Assembly (NCBI GenBank): GCA_973895155.1
Contig: OZ316891.1
Span: forward strand, 2,927,801-2,991,800
Direction: 5' to 3'
From: Marsupella aquatica
Taxonomy: Eukaryota > Plantae > Marchantiophyta
Length of the DNA stretch: 64,000 nucleotides
In this document: positions 22,574 through 36,187 of the stretch, piece by piece
Layout of the letters: the number at the start of each line of letters is the position of its first letter
Position numbering within the stretch: the stretch's first letter is position 1
Notes under the pieces: generated by a model
What the model was told of the DNA's origin: nothing
Seen by the model: the letters and a program-made list of their open reading frames with translations, nothing else
The model's database searches: none
Program-made: the position numbers and the translations under genes

Positions 22574-25500
22574 AGATGTTCGACTAGAATGCCTTTGACT
22601 ATGTATTTATTCAAGAGAAAGTTTTAGTTACTCAGTAAGAACTCACCCTCACATTTTCTCATCCTCCCTCAATTGAGTTTGTGGCGGGCTTCGGGTCCCC
22701 ACTAAGGGTTCACATGTAGATACCATTTGTTGCAGAATCTTCGTTTTGAGTATCACCACATGATAAAAACCAATGACTGACACTGGGACTCTGAAACTCC
22801 CCATAACGTGATTTAATTTTACTTATACGTGATTGTGCTTCGTGTGAAATGACTATTATGGGTTATCCAGAGTACTTTGATAAAATACTTTGTCTAAGAC
22901 AAGTACCGCCACATTCAATACAAAAGTATAAATAAATAAAAAATACACATACTTTATACAGAAAAAGGCCAAATAGAGTACAAAAGAATAAACAAAAGAG
23001 GTCCCAAGTGGACAAAACCAAACGCAAAAGAAGTGAGCAAAAGGAAACCCTAAAAACCAAGAAAGAGGAACTAAAAGAAGTGAGCAAAAAGAAACCCCTA
23101 AAAACCAAGAAAGAGTAACTAAAACTACCGCAAATGGACCGAGGTCCTCATCATACCTAGCAAATGTGGCAACAAGCTAGTGGGCTACATCAAGTGTCGA
23201 AACTAGATCGGCAAGTGGGACAGGAATGTCCTCTAGGGGGGCTAGCCGCTGCGGAGTCACACTAGCACCCATTGTCAGAGATCGACGATAGACGGCCCGA
23301 GCTTGAGCACGTTGTAAGGTGACTGAAATGCGTTGGCGAAAGTGCGTGGTCAAAACAGATAGCGGGGGCCCGGTGGGAATCCTATGGTTCGTTGGCCCAG
23401 CCCCCCTTTGTCATAGTGCTCGAAAAGGACCAGTTGACTCAAAAAAATTACAAAGGAGAAAAAGCAGAGAGGACAATAAACCCGCGCTAAAAGTGCAATC
23501 ACATGATATAGGATTATCCATCAATGGAACTGTCCTTTGAAGGGCTTTGACTGGTCCCAATGAACCTTTTTTGATCTCCAGAGTATCGATAGCATTTTGT
23601 CAATGATTATATCGCATTATTTTCCCCTTATTTTAACGTGTTGATTCTTTTTTTTTTGTATAATAGGACTAGGCAGTAGTTGTTTTTTCTTCACAAAGGA
23701 AAAAGGCCGTTTTTGTGGTGGGGGTCCAAGAAATCCATTATTTAATTTATTGCGTTTTGATTTGTTGCGAAGAAGAGAGTTGGAAGGAAAGCCCAGGAAT
23801 GGACGTGGAACTCACCTTGAAGGGGGGCCATCATATTATCTATCTATAAATAAATAAATAAATAAACCACATTCAAGCGTTGGGGGAAATGGACAATAAT
23901 AAGATTGAAAGAGTTGTCACTCACCCAAGATTGCAGATCATTACTCGGCTTGCCTGCCTTGGCAGGGTAGATTTTCCCTGGCACGCAAACAATAAGAACA
24001 ACAATGACTGAGAAGACCTGAACTGAGACCAGGCAGGTTAACAGCATCCACCGGTCCCGGCTACACGCTGCTATTGGGACAATTTTGATGCGCCAATGCA
24101 GGCCGGTAACATCACATCCTCCCCACAGAAGAAACAAATTGTACCAATGGCTGTCATTGAGCCCTGCATCCTTTGAACTCTTGGGTTCCAACCGGTCACA
24201 AACCCACGAGATAGCAAGGAATGTGAAGGCAATGCAGGCAACTTTTGTTTTGCCGAGGCAGGGAAAATACATTTGGCTACCCAGACAACAGCAGAAATGC
24301 CAGTCAGCATTCCAAGTTGGATCTGTGCCTGGAAAAAGGTCAGGATGCATTCATTAGTGCCTGACTTGTTGTGCTCCAAGAGTTACCCTTATCATGATTA
24401 GGGTTGCACATGAAAGAAACAATTAAAAATCTTCATTAACAACCAAAAAGCGGGGTAGGACAGGATGTAGCACAGGGAGGAAAGGTTTAGATCTTCCAGA
24501 AAAAAGTTGGTCACTTGCTTAGTCTATCTCCTTGATTTTACTTTCCTCTTTTTATTTATGTAAAGAACAGGGAAACCAAGCCTGAGTAGAGCTGCCATGC
24601 AACTGGTCGAGTGCCTCCAGGGAGGAAGGCTAATAAGAAAAATCTCGCTTGTTGAACTTGGCTTAAGTCTCAAGTCTCAAGTCTCAGGTTCAAGTTAAAC
24701 TCCCCTCTTTCACTGGGTGGGATGGTGGGTTGGTGGGACCGTGGGACCGTGGGTTTAGTCAATTTGCTTTCCAAATCACTTGCAAGTGAAATAAATGTTG
24801 TTACGAAATTACACAAGGGTCTTATGTTTCCCCCAAACCAAATCTAGTTAGTAAGCTGCAGCGTGGATTAATCTCAGCCTCACATTCCAACTATTACTGA
24901 TTTGTGCCCACCCGCTTTCTTAGGGGGGAATAGTAATTTAATTTGTCTAGTGGGCAGCTTAGTAAGTTTGTTCAATCTTCGGGCAGGCATAGTAAAATCT
25001 ATAATGAAATATAATCTGGTTTAGAAAACAAAAACTTGGATTTGCTGAGCGGACCTTTCCAAGGTAGATGCAAAGGAGTGTGTTTTTGAAGTTGCTTTTT
25101 CATTGGCTTTCCTTTGAATTTGTCCTTTCGAATCGTACTCTTATGTACTACCGATTTCCGCATTGTGTGCAACGCACGAAAGGATATTTATTCCACAAGT
25201 TTCCTCAGATTTGTTGCCAGGCGTAGCACGACGACAAAAAATGCAGTTTCCAGAGTTCCACTTGAAGACATAAAATTGCCTCGGAAATATATATCACATT
25301 TGCCAATGAATACAAATGCCAAACAGGATCACAAAGGCGGGAAAACAAAGAGGGGGCAAAGGGAAAGACCCTCACAGCCGAGGAACACAAATCCCAAAAA
25401 GGATCACAAGGCGGAAATCCAATAATAAAGAGGCGAACTAAGGGAACGGGCAACGACACTCAGAAGGCGGCTGAATAAAAACAATTGAGCGTTATCAATA

Positions 25501-28010
25501 TTTTAGAATTGATTTTGAATTTAGCTAATCCAGGTGGGGCTCAATTTCCAGTTTGCTTTGTCGAGAAACTTTACTGGTTTTTAGTTGTTCTTAGAAGATT
25601 TTGTTTAATGGTTTTCTAGAATTTCAAATTTATTGCATGGAGACATAAAGAATATTGCTGGCCGGGGGCTCATTTGCCATATAGAACAATTTTAATGAGC
25701 AATAAAAAGTCAAACAGGGGTCCCAAGAAATGACCAAAATAGGCGGCCATAGGACAAGGTGAGTCAAACCGCAAACAACAATGTGTAATGCAGCCAAGGT
25801 AGCCAATGGAAATATATAGCCAAGATTGTGTTGAACAAAGACGATAATCACAACGATAAGCCCTTGAACATGTAACATACAAGTATTGACACAAAAAGAT
25901 ACAACATTCACCTCAATTCAGACTACGATCATGGAAACACACGAGAGCTTTACTTCACTCTAGGTCTGCCGACTATACCAAGTCTCCGTAATACAAGATC
26001 TCCCTATTTCTCAAGTGGTTGTGTAAGAATGAGTGTGAGTTCCTTCTATCCAAGAAAACACATCTTGGGATATAGTGTGCAACCTATGTAACCTAACCTA
26101 GCCTATGACTAAGGTCAGCCCTAACTACCATTACAGAGGTAACCCTAGACCTAAGAGTAAATGTCTAGTAGATTGGCGGGGAATGAACTGGTAGATTACA
26201 GACCCCCATGAGGGGTTCTTTCCAAAATTCTAGGCACCATAGCATGCCACATCATCATGACGCGCACCAAACACTACTACTCTTTGTCAGGAATCAAAAT
26301 AATTGTTGCCTTCATGTTTGTGTGAGTTTGGGCGTAAAGAAAACAAAAACACAAAGGACTAGAACATATAACTGTTTTAATTACTTTTGTTATTTTCTAG
26401 AGATTAAAATTAATAAATTTATTACATAAAAAGAGTGTTTAACAATGGTGAAACCATGATCATGTAAAAAGGAAAGTTAGTTATATAACTACCCAAATGT
26501 TGTCTAGTTTTTCACACCTAGAGAGAATAATCTAACCTAGTTGGAATATGCTGAAAATGTAACTCAAAATGTACAAAAATAGGAAGAACCAAGGGATATA
26601 TCTCAGATATGGGGAAATTGGACTCACTACCACTAGTCTGCACTTGACCACAATTTCCTTACTAGACTGCAATGAAGTCATGTAAATGCAAAATCTGTGA
26701 ATGCTTGAAGGCATTCAACATCTTCCTGTACTTGATCACAAAGCTGGCCATGCATTGATCCCCATGGCTGAGCTTGTGTCTGTGTGTCACCACAAAATTG
26801 TCAAGGTTTTAAGGACCAGAGGTCTTCTAAGCTTGAGCCATGGTTAACATTGAGACAGCTTGCAACGTTCCCCAACAGTCCTCGATTCACCAATGTAGTA
26901 AATCTATATAAGCTCTAATATTGTAATTCTCTGAAGACATGCCCTTGAGCTCCACTCAAAGCAAGATTAAAAGGTTGCATGCCGTTTGCTTTTTCCCCCA
27001 AACTTCACTCAAGGGATCAGCAGGATTTTGTTGGTTCCTATTTTCCCCAACTAGAGCTTTGCTCAATGCTTGACACACAATACAATTTTGTCCAATTGTT
27101 TTACTTTTTTCACTCATATTTTTTTCATCTCATAAAATAGTGAAATTCTAGAGAGAGTAAAACACTCGGTGACAATCTGGCACATGTATGGGAATGTCGA
27201 CCAAACACAGGATGGATGATTGGATAATGCTGGGCAAAGCCATGTATGGGAATGTTGACTGAACACAGGATGGACGGATAATTCTGGGCAAAGCATTGAA
27301 TGGAAAGTAAAATACTTAGATGCTTCATTTTCCAGGAAAATCCAAAATAGAAGAAAGAGTGGAAGATCAAGACTGATGATTTAAGGCATGTATTGAGTTG
27401 AGTGGCAGAGCCTCCATGATTGTTTTTTCCAAGCTTCAACGATCTCCCTCGTGTTCTCTATTGGCCCCCAAAGCCTAATATCCACATTTTCAATATAAAT
27501 AATGCAAGCTTATCTTTGATGGTATTATGGAATATGGTAGGTATATATAATATCCCTATCTTAGAGAGATTTATACATAATTGGATGACACGGATCCTAT
27601 TTGCATAAAGAGCAATATTTGGATAAATTGAAGCCGTCCTACACTCTTGGGTTAATCCAAAATTATTGCAAAGAAGATAGATGACACTCATTTACGATTG
27701 AGATGTGTGATCTAGAGATCTGCACCCTTTCAAATTTCAAATTGCTCTCAATGCCTCTTGGATGCAATGCACTGGCTAGTAGTAATGCGCTCATTCATAC
27801 CCTGTACTGGCTTGGTCAGGGCCCACACAACCTTTGATTCAGGAATCCTTTTTGCTCTACATCCAGAGGCACCAAATAATACAAATACTATTTATGTACG
27901 ACTCTATAATACAATTAATGTGCAAACTGGGAAGATGATATGACAATGTATGGGTATTTTAGATGTTGAACAGCATGGTAACAATTGCGCCTGATGTATA
28001 TAGGGGTGAT

Positions 28011-28034
28011 CTCTCTCTCTCTCTCTCTCTCTCT
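28011..28034. repeat. (CT)12 microsatellite
   Basis: Read directly. Confidence 0.95.
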
Positions 28035-29398
28035 TGTAGTGGCACTTGTTTACTCCTACTTGAGTCTTGCTAAGCAAAATAGGTAGGGGGCCACAAACTA
28101 ATGTAATTATATCCTTTTGTTCAGATTCAAGGGTGGTTTCATACTTAGGGATTAGGTTGTATGTGACTCGATCTTCTGGTTGCTGATATCAGCTTTTGCA
28201 CTTAATTTTACTCCTCCTATTTGAAACCCCCTAGCAACTGCAGCAATTTTGTTGATGCCCTACTTCAGCCGCCCTGTCTAGCCCTTTTTTCTTGGTGAAT
28301 CTATCTAGAACTAGTACAAGCTAAGGGCTCATTAAACATTACTCCTCTACCTGCTAACACCTAACCAAAAACTAAATATACATGGTCACATAATTATCCA
28401 AACTGGGGAAAACCATCCTCAACCATCAGGTCTATGTGCCAATTTCAAACTACACTTGGATTCACAAAACTAAGGAGGAGATAATCAGGTAGGTATATTA
28501 TCCATGAGGTCCACCAACAATCTAGGACCAGACAGTGTGGCAGTCAGTTATTTAAACAAACAACTTTTCACTACTTTGCCATGTAGCATGTTCATCCTAA
28601 TACATGCCTATTTTGACTTATCCCAAAGAATTGAAACAATCAATATAAGAGTTCATGTGAGGAGACATTCTAATTTCAATTGACTAGTTTATGAAACACA
28701 AGTATTCATTGAAAGAATGATTATAAAAAGCTAATGAAGAAACTGCACACCTTTTTAAAAGTGAGTGAGGTAGAGTTTTTTCCGGGTGGGACAAAGCACT
28801 AAAGATAAGATACTCACAAAAAGTCACCCCATTTCACGTACAAGGGTAAGACCTTGCCTAAGTAAGTGGCTAGAGAGAGCCAGGGATGGAGATGGCAAAG
28901 ATGGGGTTTTGGAGGGTTTTGAGGGTTTGGAGGTTTGGGATCATTTTGGACTTTGGGGGTTTTGAAGGTTTGGCACTTTAATGACTTGGAGAGCTTGAGT
29001 CCGTTTGGAATAGTGTGAGATATAGACAAGCAACAACTATACATAGATTGCTTTGCACCTAAGTACTATGGGGGGGTGCACCTAATTAAGGTCTATCTCG
29101 CTTTGTAGTTTTGCAGGTTTGATGTATTGCAGCCGCTACTCCTGTTTAGCAAGAACAGTCCCAAACTCTCCAGAACGTGACCCTAGTTTAAGATATACCA
29201 GCCCTCTCCATACTCATATTGTTGGACAGCCAAAACTTCAAGCCAACTCAAAGGACTTCTCATCTGTGTTTTGGAGGTATAAATGGAGCTTTAAGGTTTT
29301 GAAGGATTGGAGATTGCTGTCACTTTCTCATCATCATCCACAGCTCATGGATAGCCGCAGGGAAGCCATGAGAGACAATAGCGCTTTCAAGCAGTTTG

Positions 29399-29577
29399 GA
29401 GTTATTTGCTTGATCGACCTCCAAAATGAAACTTGTTACTTGATCCACCCCCTGAGTTCTATCAACGGTCCAGATCTGAGATCGAAAGGTCCATCAACGG
29501 TCCAGATTGGTGAAAAGTATCGAGGGGGTTGATTAAGCAAATTTTTTCCAAAAGGGGGTCTACTAAGCATATCTCTC
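29399..29577. mobile_element. Mutator-like MITE, 179 bp
   Basis: Imperfect TIRs (GAGTTATTTGCTTGATCGACC...GGTCTACTAAGCATATCTCTC) and a 9-bp TSD AGCAGTTTG. A second copy lies at 36003. Confidence 0.85.
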
Positions 29578-32569
29578 AGCAGTTTGCCATGTTGATCCTT
29601 TTGTTGTACAGAGCGCAGCAAAGAATGAATTTTTTGTTGTAGAATATTCAATAGACCTAACAACCATAGATACTTTCTTCAGACATTTATAAATGTTTGA
29701 AATGTATGAATATTTGTCAGAAGTAACATCTCAGGTAGTGCAGTCTACCTGAGATTTCAAATTTCAGTGCTAATCTAGTTACCAATCCAAAGTAAAAATT
29801 ATTATAAGTAGAGCAAAAGCATTTTGAAGTTTTGGAGCTTTGGCGGATGGATTCACGATGAAGGGCAATCTTGAGGTTCATTAAGAGCCTCGGGTACACC
29901 TGCCTGCACCTACTGCCGGCCCCCTTCCACTTTTTTTTTGGAATTTTACTAGCATCAATGATCCCTACTTTTTGGGTGGGGTAAATGTTAAAAGGCATTC
30001 TGGAGCGCCGCAGGTTTCAAACCTAGGACCTGCCATTCCCCACTGAGCTGTGCTACCAGTGAGTTTTTTCCCAATTCGTGTCAACATCCAGCACCAGGTA
30101 TTTAACCTGAAATCAGATCCAACACATGCGGGCAGCATTGACGGGGTAATTAATGTGGATTAGCATTAATTGCCCTTGAGATTGGCTTTCATCATTAATT
30201 TTGGCGGGGCCCAACACTTACAAACATTTTTGGGTTGTGCGTCTTCAGTCTTAACCCGTACCTCTTGAATTGTAGAAAAGTGTGAAATTTTCTGGAATGA
30301 AGACTATCATGTATAGTAAAAGATATATCAGCACTCTTTTAGATATAGAATTTAGTAATTCTAAATTAGCTAGAGATTCTGTTTTATCATTTTGTTTGGA
30401 GAAGTGCAATGGCCTTTGGCACCTTAACTTTGTTTCTGATAGTTTACCCTTACAGAAGCATGCGTTATTTAGATTTCTAGGTACTACTGTAGTACTCTTT
30501 CATACCTCTGTTTTAGATCAGGACCCTTGATTTGAATGGGTATGTACTTCACACTCCTTTGTCTTTGGGTTCCGAGTCCTATATATAAGCGGTTTTATTA
30601 TTTGTGTTGTAGTGAACATTTTATCAGAAGTATGAAACTTTCCCTCCTTTTGCACTCATCTGTTTTTCATGAAATTAATAAGGGAAGTGAAACTCAGCTC
30701 CGGTGTTGTGTACACTCCCAGAATAATGAGTCTGGTGCCTAAGTTTGACAAAAGCTTCAGATTTATTTGAATTCATTAGTAGGCTTGCTATTGGGGTAAA
30801 AAGCATTTGCTGGATGATTCCCGGGACACATACAATTAGAGGATACCTGTTGAATGGAAGAAACAAGACCCCATTATAAGGGTATCAAAGTACTGTTATT
30901 TTGCTTGGGAATACATATTAGATTTTGATTTGAGTTGCATATTGCCAATAATCAAAGAATGTGGATTACATCTGAATGTATATCTTAGTAAAGGCAACCC
31001 AAAGGGTGCTGTGGGTTTGGTGAGTGTTAATTTTCCTATGACAGCTACTCATGGTGACAATGAAAAAGCACTTGTGGCAAGATTCTTTCTAAGCTCTTTA
31101 ACATTCTAAATCCAAATTCCTTTTTGAATGAGTGGTGACAGAGTTTAGAATCTTGGAGACCTCAATTCCAAAAAACCTTTTTACAAATTCTCATTGGAAT
31201 CTCCTTCCAAAATCCCTGGAAGCACGTGCAATTACATCAACACTATTGGTTACAAACAAAAAGGTTTGTTATGTAGGAGAATCAAACTTCATTTATGTGT
31301 TTGAGGCAAGTCAAAGGACAAAAGTTAAACCCTAACCCTAAAAGTAATGGAAAATGAATAGTAACACTTCAAATAAAAAACTAGATGGGATTGTTGGTCA
31401 ATGATATATCAATATTTTCCAATAAATTATCGGAATGTTCTACTTAATTGGCATTTGTTTGAAATAACCACGGGTAGAAAGAAACATTTACCAAGATAAG
31501 ATAACAAAATCCTTTAGTTATTATGCATAGAGGAATACCAAAGGAATGTATGAACTTTAACTGCTATAGCATATTTGCATGGACAGTATGAAATGTTACA
31601 TGGAATTTATGGACATAAAAGTAGCAAAGAAACGTTTGCGTGTACTCTTACCCTGAATAATCTCCTCTTTTTTTCCTCACACCTCCATATTCAAACCTAT
31701 TCTAATGTGCAACTCTTCATTGACTCTAACTTGCTAACATCAAACTTACATAACCAAGGGGCTCTTGAACTGATTTGATCAATGACTCAGAAGTTTTCTT
31801 TCTCTTGTGTTTCATTAACTCCTTCATTTGTTTTGACCTTGTATGTGTGAGAAGTTGAGAGTGAGAGCTCTAATTCAATGTTATAAATATTCAACCTAAT
31901 CAGAATTTGTTACCAAAAATCCAACTTTATAACATATATATTACTTTTTGTTTTGCAGTCTTATATTGCTTGTCTTAAAATGAACTTGCTCTCTGTGAGA
32001 ACCTTTTAAATAAGGGCTTCCTACTGCAATCCTCATCACTATAGTTCAAACGTAGGTTCCAAAATCTGTTTCAATTGCGCATACTCAAAAAACCAAGTTT
32101 TGCCAAAGGCGATGCCAATTCGCAGAACCAGCCCAATTCTCCACCTATACAATTCTCCACCTATACAAAAGTCCAGATCTGGAAAAAAGTGTGGATGGAT
32201 TTGCCATTCAAGCTTTTGACTCCTAAAACTAACGTCTCAACTATCATTTCCCAATGTGGCGGGAGTGGAACAGCCAGTGGGTAATAAGAGAAGAGACTCC
32301 TGCTCTCGATTGGCACCCCTTAAATCACGGGTTTCTATGATAAACCAGGCCACTGTAATTCAGATGTACGTTCCCAAAGGTAGTCTAATGTATTGAACCC
32401 AAAAAATTCTATCTAGGAATAGCTTTGGATGAAGATGACATTAAACCACAAATCCTTGTACAAGAGGCTCTGCGAGTGCTCACTCTGAACTGATTCCTCC
32501 TTGAAAAACACTAGGCTCGCCTCTTAGCAGCCGTCGGATTCACGTTCGCCCCTTCATCTATGCTCAACC

Positions 32570-32880
32570 ATGCGATGTGATCAAGGGCTCAAATGAAAGA
32601 GCTCACCAAGATCTACGGATGGTAAACATTCCAGCCAAAAATATAAAGTATTGAAGGAGAAAAAAGGAAAACAAATCTCTTCTATCTTCTTGGTCTATTT
32701 CAAATTCCTTAGATTTGGGCCATCCATTGCAAATTTGAATTCCTTCTATCTTGGCCATCCATTTTTTTTGCCTCTAGCTATCTCGTCCGTCCATTTCAGA
32801 AGGCGATGTAGGGCTCAAAAGAAAGATCTGAATGAGATCTACGGCTGGTTTTTTTCCGTTTCAAAATGAATAAAGTTTTT
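32570..32880. repeat. Dispersed repeat with GATCTACGGCTGG/TCGTCCGTCCAT motifs, related to 38040..38380 (probable DNA-transposon remnant)
   Basis: The block TCTCGTCCGTCCAT...GCTCAAAAGAAAGATCT...AGATCTA(C)GG is shared by both loci. Confidence 0.5.
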
Positions 32881-34921
32881 CGAGATTAAAATTAGAAATA
32901 AATTCGTTTTTGGTCTGCCCGATATCCGCCCATTACGTTTTGTCTTCCTGGGTGCAAGAGTTGAACACTTGAACACGTAAAATACCGTACACTGTATGAG
33001 AGTGCCCTTTTATACCCGTAGTAGTGGTTTAGAGCTCTGACGTCTCAAAACCAACGTTTAAGATCCATTTTTCAAGGTGGATAAGTCACGGAGTAATACG
33101 ACAAGAGAGTGAGCCGGTGGCGTTCCAGGTAAACGATAAATAATTATTCCCTCCCTTTTTCACTGCCAGCTAGTTATTATTGTACTTTGATCTCATGAGT
33201 CATGACGGCACATTCGTAGGCGTAGCACTCATATAACACAATCATTACCTATCTGCTCTGGTATATAAGTCAGCGCCAGAATGCTGTCATCAGCTTGAAA
33301 GTACACACAGCTCAAGAGGTTTATTTTGTTTGCATAAGAGGGGGCTGAGATATTCAATGCACTTTGTAGTGCCGTCTTTCAAATTCATCGTTGTGACTCT
33401 CGAGCGAGATTTATTACTTTCGGAGGTTAGAAGCAATTCTGCAAGTGGTTTTAAGGGTTTGGGTAGATGCTCTTTAAGACTGTCCTATCTTCATTATTCG
33501 TTATAGAGTCTAGATTATTTGTTTTAGGCCAACCTCCTGTCTCTGTCACTCTTATTATGCGGTCTTGGAGTTTTAGCAGGTTTTGCAGTTTGCCACTTAG
33601 TAAGGTTATAGTGTTGTCTTTGCAGTTGTGGGGACGCTTGTCAGGGACTCTTTGGATCTTTGGTATTGGATTTCTTGCCTTGGAGATCCTGTCTTTGTCT
33701 CCAGGATTGAGCTTTTGGCAGTGTGTTATATGTACTTTCTGCTAGGGTGGCCAATGTCACCTCTGAAGGTGCAGATGCTAAAAATATTCCTTATCAAGTT
33801 TTACTATATTTATTTTGACCATTTTATCCCTCTAAATTTAAGATCAGCTGTCAAATAGTGGGGTCTGTGGCTAGGTGAGAGACTGCTAATTGAAGACAAA
33901 ACCTGGGAAAGTGTCGCTGAAAGGAGGCAAAGGTTTTCTGGTGAGATAGAATTTTGCCAAATTTTTGCCAAACTTTTGCCACTAGACAAAGTACTGCTGG
34001 CCACCATACCAAAGTGCACCCTTGATCACTGAATTTGGCAGTCAAGTACACTTTGTAAATGCACCAAAAAATGCAGTGTAAGGGCATCTGGACCTTCACT
34101 AAACACAAATACCTAACTGCATTACGTCTATAAGAGTACACTTGCATTTATCTGTTACTGCATAACATCTACAAGATTACACTTGCATTATCTGTTACTG
34201 CCTATAATAGACAAGATGCTTTCATTACAAGTGCTTGCAGCGATTACATAGAATACTTACTAGCACTTATCTACAAGAACCTGCTACCATCACATAGTGT
34301 ACTTAGAAGCAGTTTAGGGTATGAGTAGTTTAAGGTGCGAGTAGTTTAGGGTGTAACCTGACAGCATAATCCCATGTGAAACACGTGCACTTATTTAGAG
34401 AGAATGCTCTTTCATGTCAAATTTGGAAATTCTTGTGTAAATTACCTTACCATACAAGGACAGAATGGTTACCTAAACAAATATGAGATGGATGCTGATT
34501 TTGAGAGTAAACAGTATGCATCTATGCAACGCATCTGCCACCATCTGTAAATTTTTCAAACGGCGCAGTGTCATTAAGCACTTAGATATCAGTTAATAAG
34601 ACGAGTGAATTGGGTCAAACATATTTCCTAGCTTTGATATCTTTCTTAGCTTTGGTATCTGTTTTGGGTCCCACTGGTCTCCTCTCTCTCTCTCACTCTC
34701 CAAGTTTGGTAGTGTCACATTTCTTGTACTCTAGTTGTTTCTGCCCAAATCAGGCATTGCCATCATCAGAGTACGCTAGTGCTAGACCCACTTTGGATTC
34801 TGGACTTTTGTTTGTTGATTTTCTCTGGATAAGTAACATCTCTGCATGTACGTATATATTAAGCTAGTCTATTCTAATCAGGTGAGACCAACAAACTAAC
34901 TAACTAACTAACTAGATCATC

Positions 34922-35851
34922 ATCCATCGTTGTTCAACTAAAGGGCATATTCTAAGTTAAGGTTTCTTTTCAATATAAGTTGAGTTGTCTGAAACCCATT
35001 GGGATGTTTGAGAATATAATTGTAATTTAATGGTTTACTTTTATTAGCTTCATGTCTGAAGAAAGCTCCTTACCATAGTGCCATCTCTCCGTCATTGTTC
35101 AACTAAAGAGGACATTCTAAGTTGAGATTATGTTTTCAATATAGATTGACTTGTCTGAAAGCCAGTGGGATGCCAGTGAGAATATAGTTGTACTTCAATA
35201 GTTTGCTTTTATTGGCTTCATGTTTGAAAAAAGCTTCATGTCTGAAGAAGTTCCTTACCATAGTGCCATCCTTCCATTATTGTTGAGGTTTTCTTCAATA
35301 CAAATTGAGTTGTCCGAAACCCAGGGGGATGTTTGAGAATACAATTCATTTAATGGTTTGCTTTTATTAGCTTCATGTCTGAAGAAAGCCCCTTACCACA
35401 GTGCCATCCTTCCATCATTGTTGAGGTTTTTCTTCAATACAAATTGAGTTGTCTGGAACCCAGTGGGATGTTTGAGAATACAATTCATTTAATAGTTTGC
35501 TTTTATTAGCTTCATTTCTGAAGAAAGCTCCTTACCATAGTGCCATCCTTCCATCATTGTTGAGGTTTTTCTTCAATATAAGTTGAATTGTCTGAAATTC
35601 AGTGGGATGTTTGAGAATACAATTCATTTAATGGTTTGCTTTTATTGGCTTCATGTCTGAAGAAAGCTCCTTACAATAGTGCCATCTTTCCGTCATTGTT
35701 CAACTAAGGAGCACATTCTATGCTGAGGTTGTTTTTCAATATACTTTGAGTTGTCTGAAAACCCAGTGGGATCTTGAGAATATAGTTGTAATTTAATGTT
35801 GTGCTTTTATTGGCTTCATGTTTGAGAAATCTCCTTACCATAGGGCCATCC
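34922..35851. repeat. Tandem array of ~138-165 bp units (~6 copies)
   Basis: CCTTACCATAGTGCCATC-like motif recurs at ~35068, 35253, 35390, 35529, 35668 and 35833. Confidence 0.9.
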
Positions 35852-36002
35852 AGGTTCGAGCAGGATCTGTGCAAGACATGATTTTTTTTCATTTTTAGAA
35901 AATATACAAGGGGAGAGAATAACTCCTGTTTTCATATTTCACATATAAAAAGAATGGGATACACTGAAAGTCAGTGTTTACACTTTGTTGCATAGAATAT
36001 TA

Positions 36003-36187
36003 GAGGTATTTGCTTGATCGACCCCCAAAATGAAATTTGTTACTTGATCGACCCCCTGAGGTCTATCAATGGTCCAGATCTAAGATAGAAAGTTCCATCA
36101 ACGGTTCAGATTGGGGAAAAATATGGAGAAGGTTGATTAAGTAAACTTTTTCCAGAAAGGGGTCTACTAATATTAAGCATATCTCTC
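36003..36187. mobile_element. Mutator-like MITE, 185 bp (same family as 29399..29577)
   Basis: Same TIRs, with a 10-bp TSD TAGAATATTA. Confidence 0.85.
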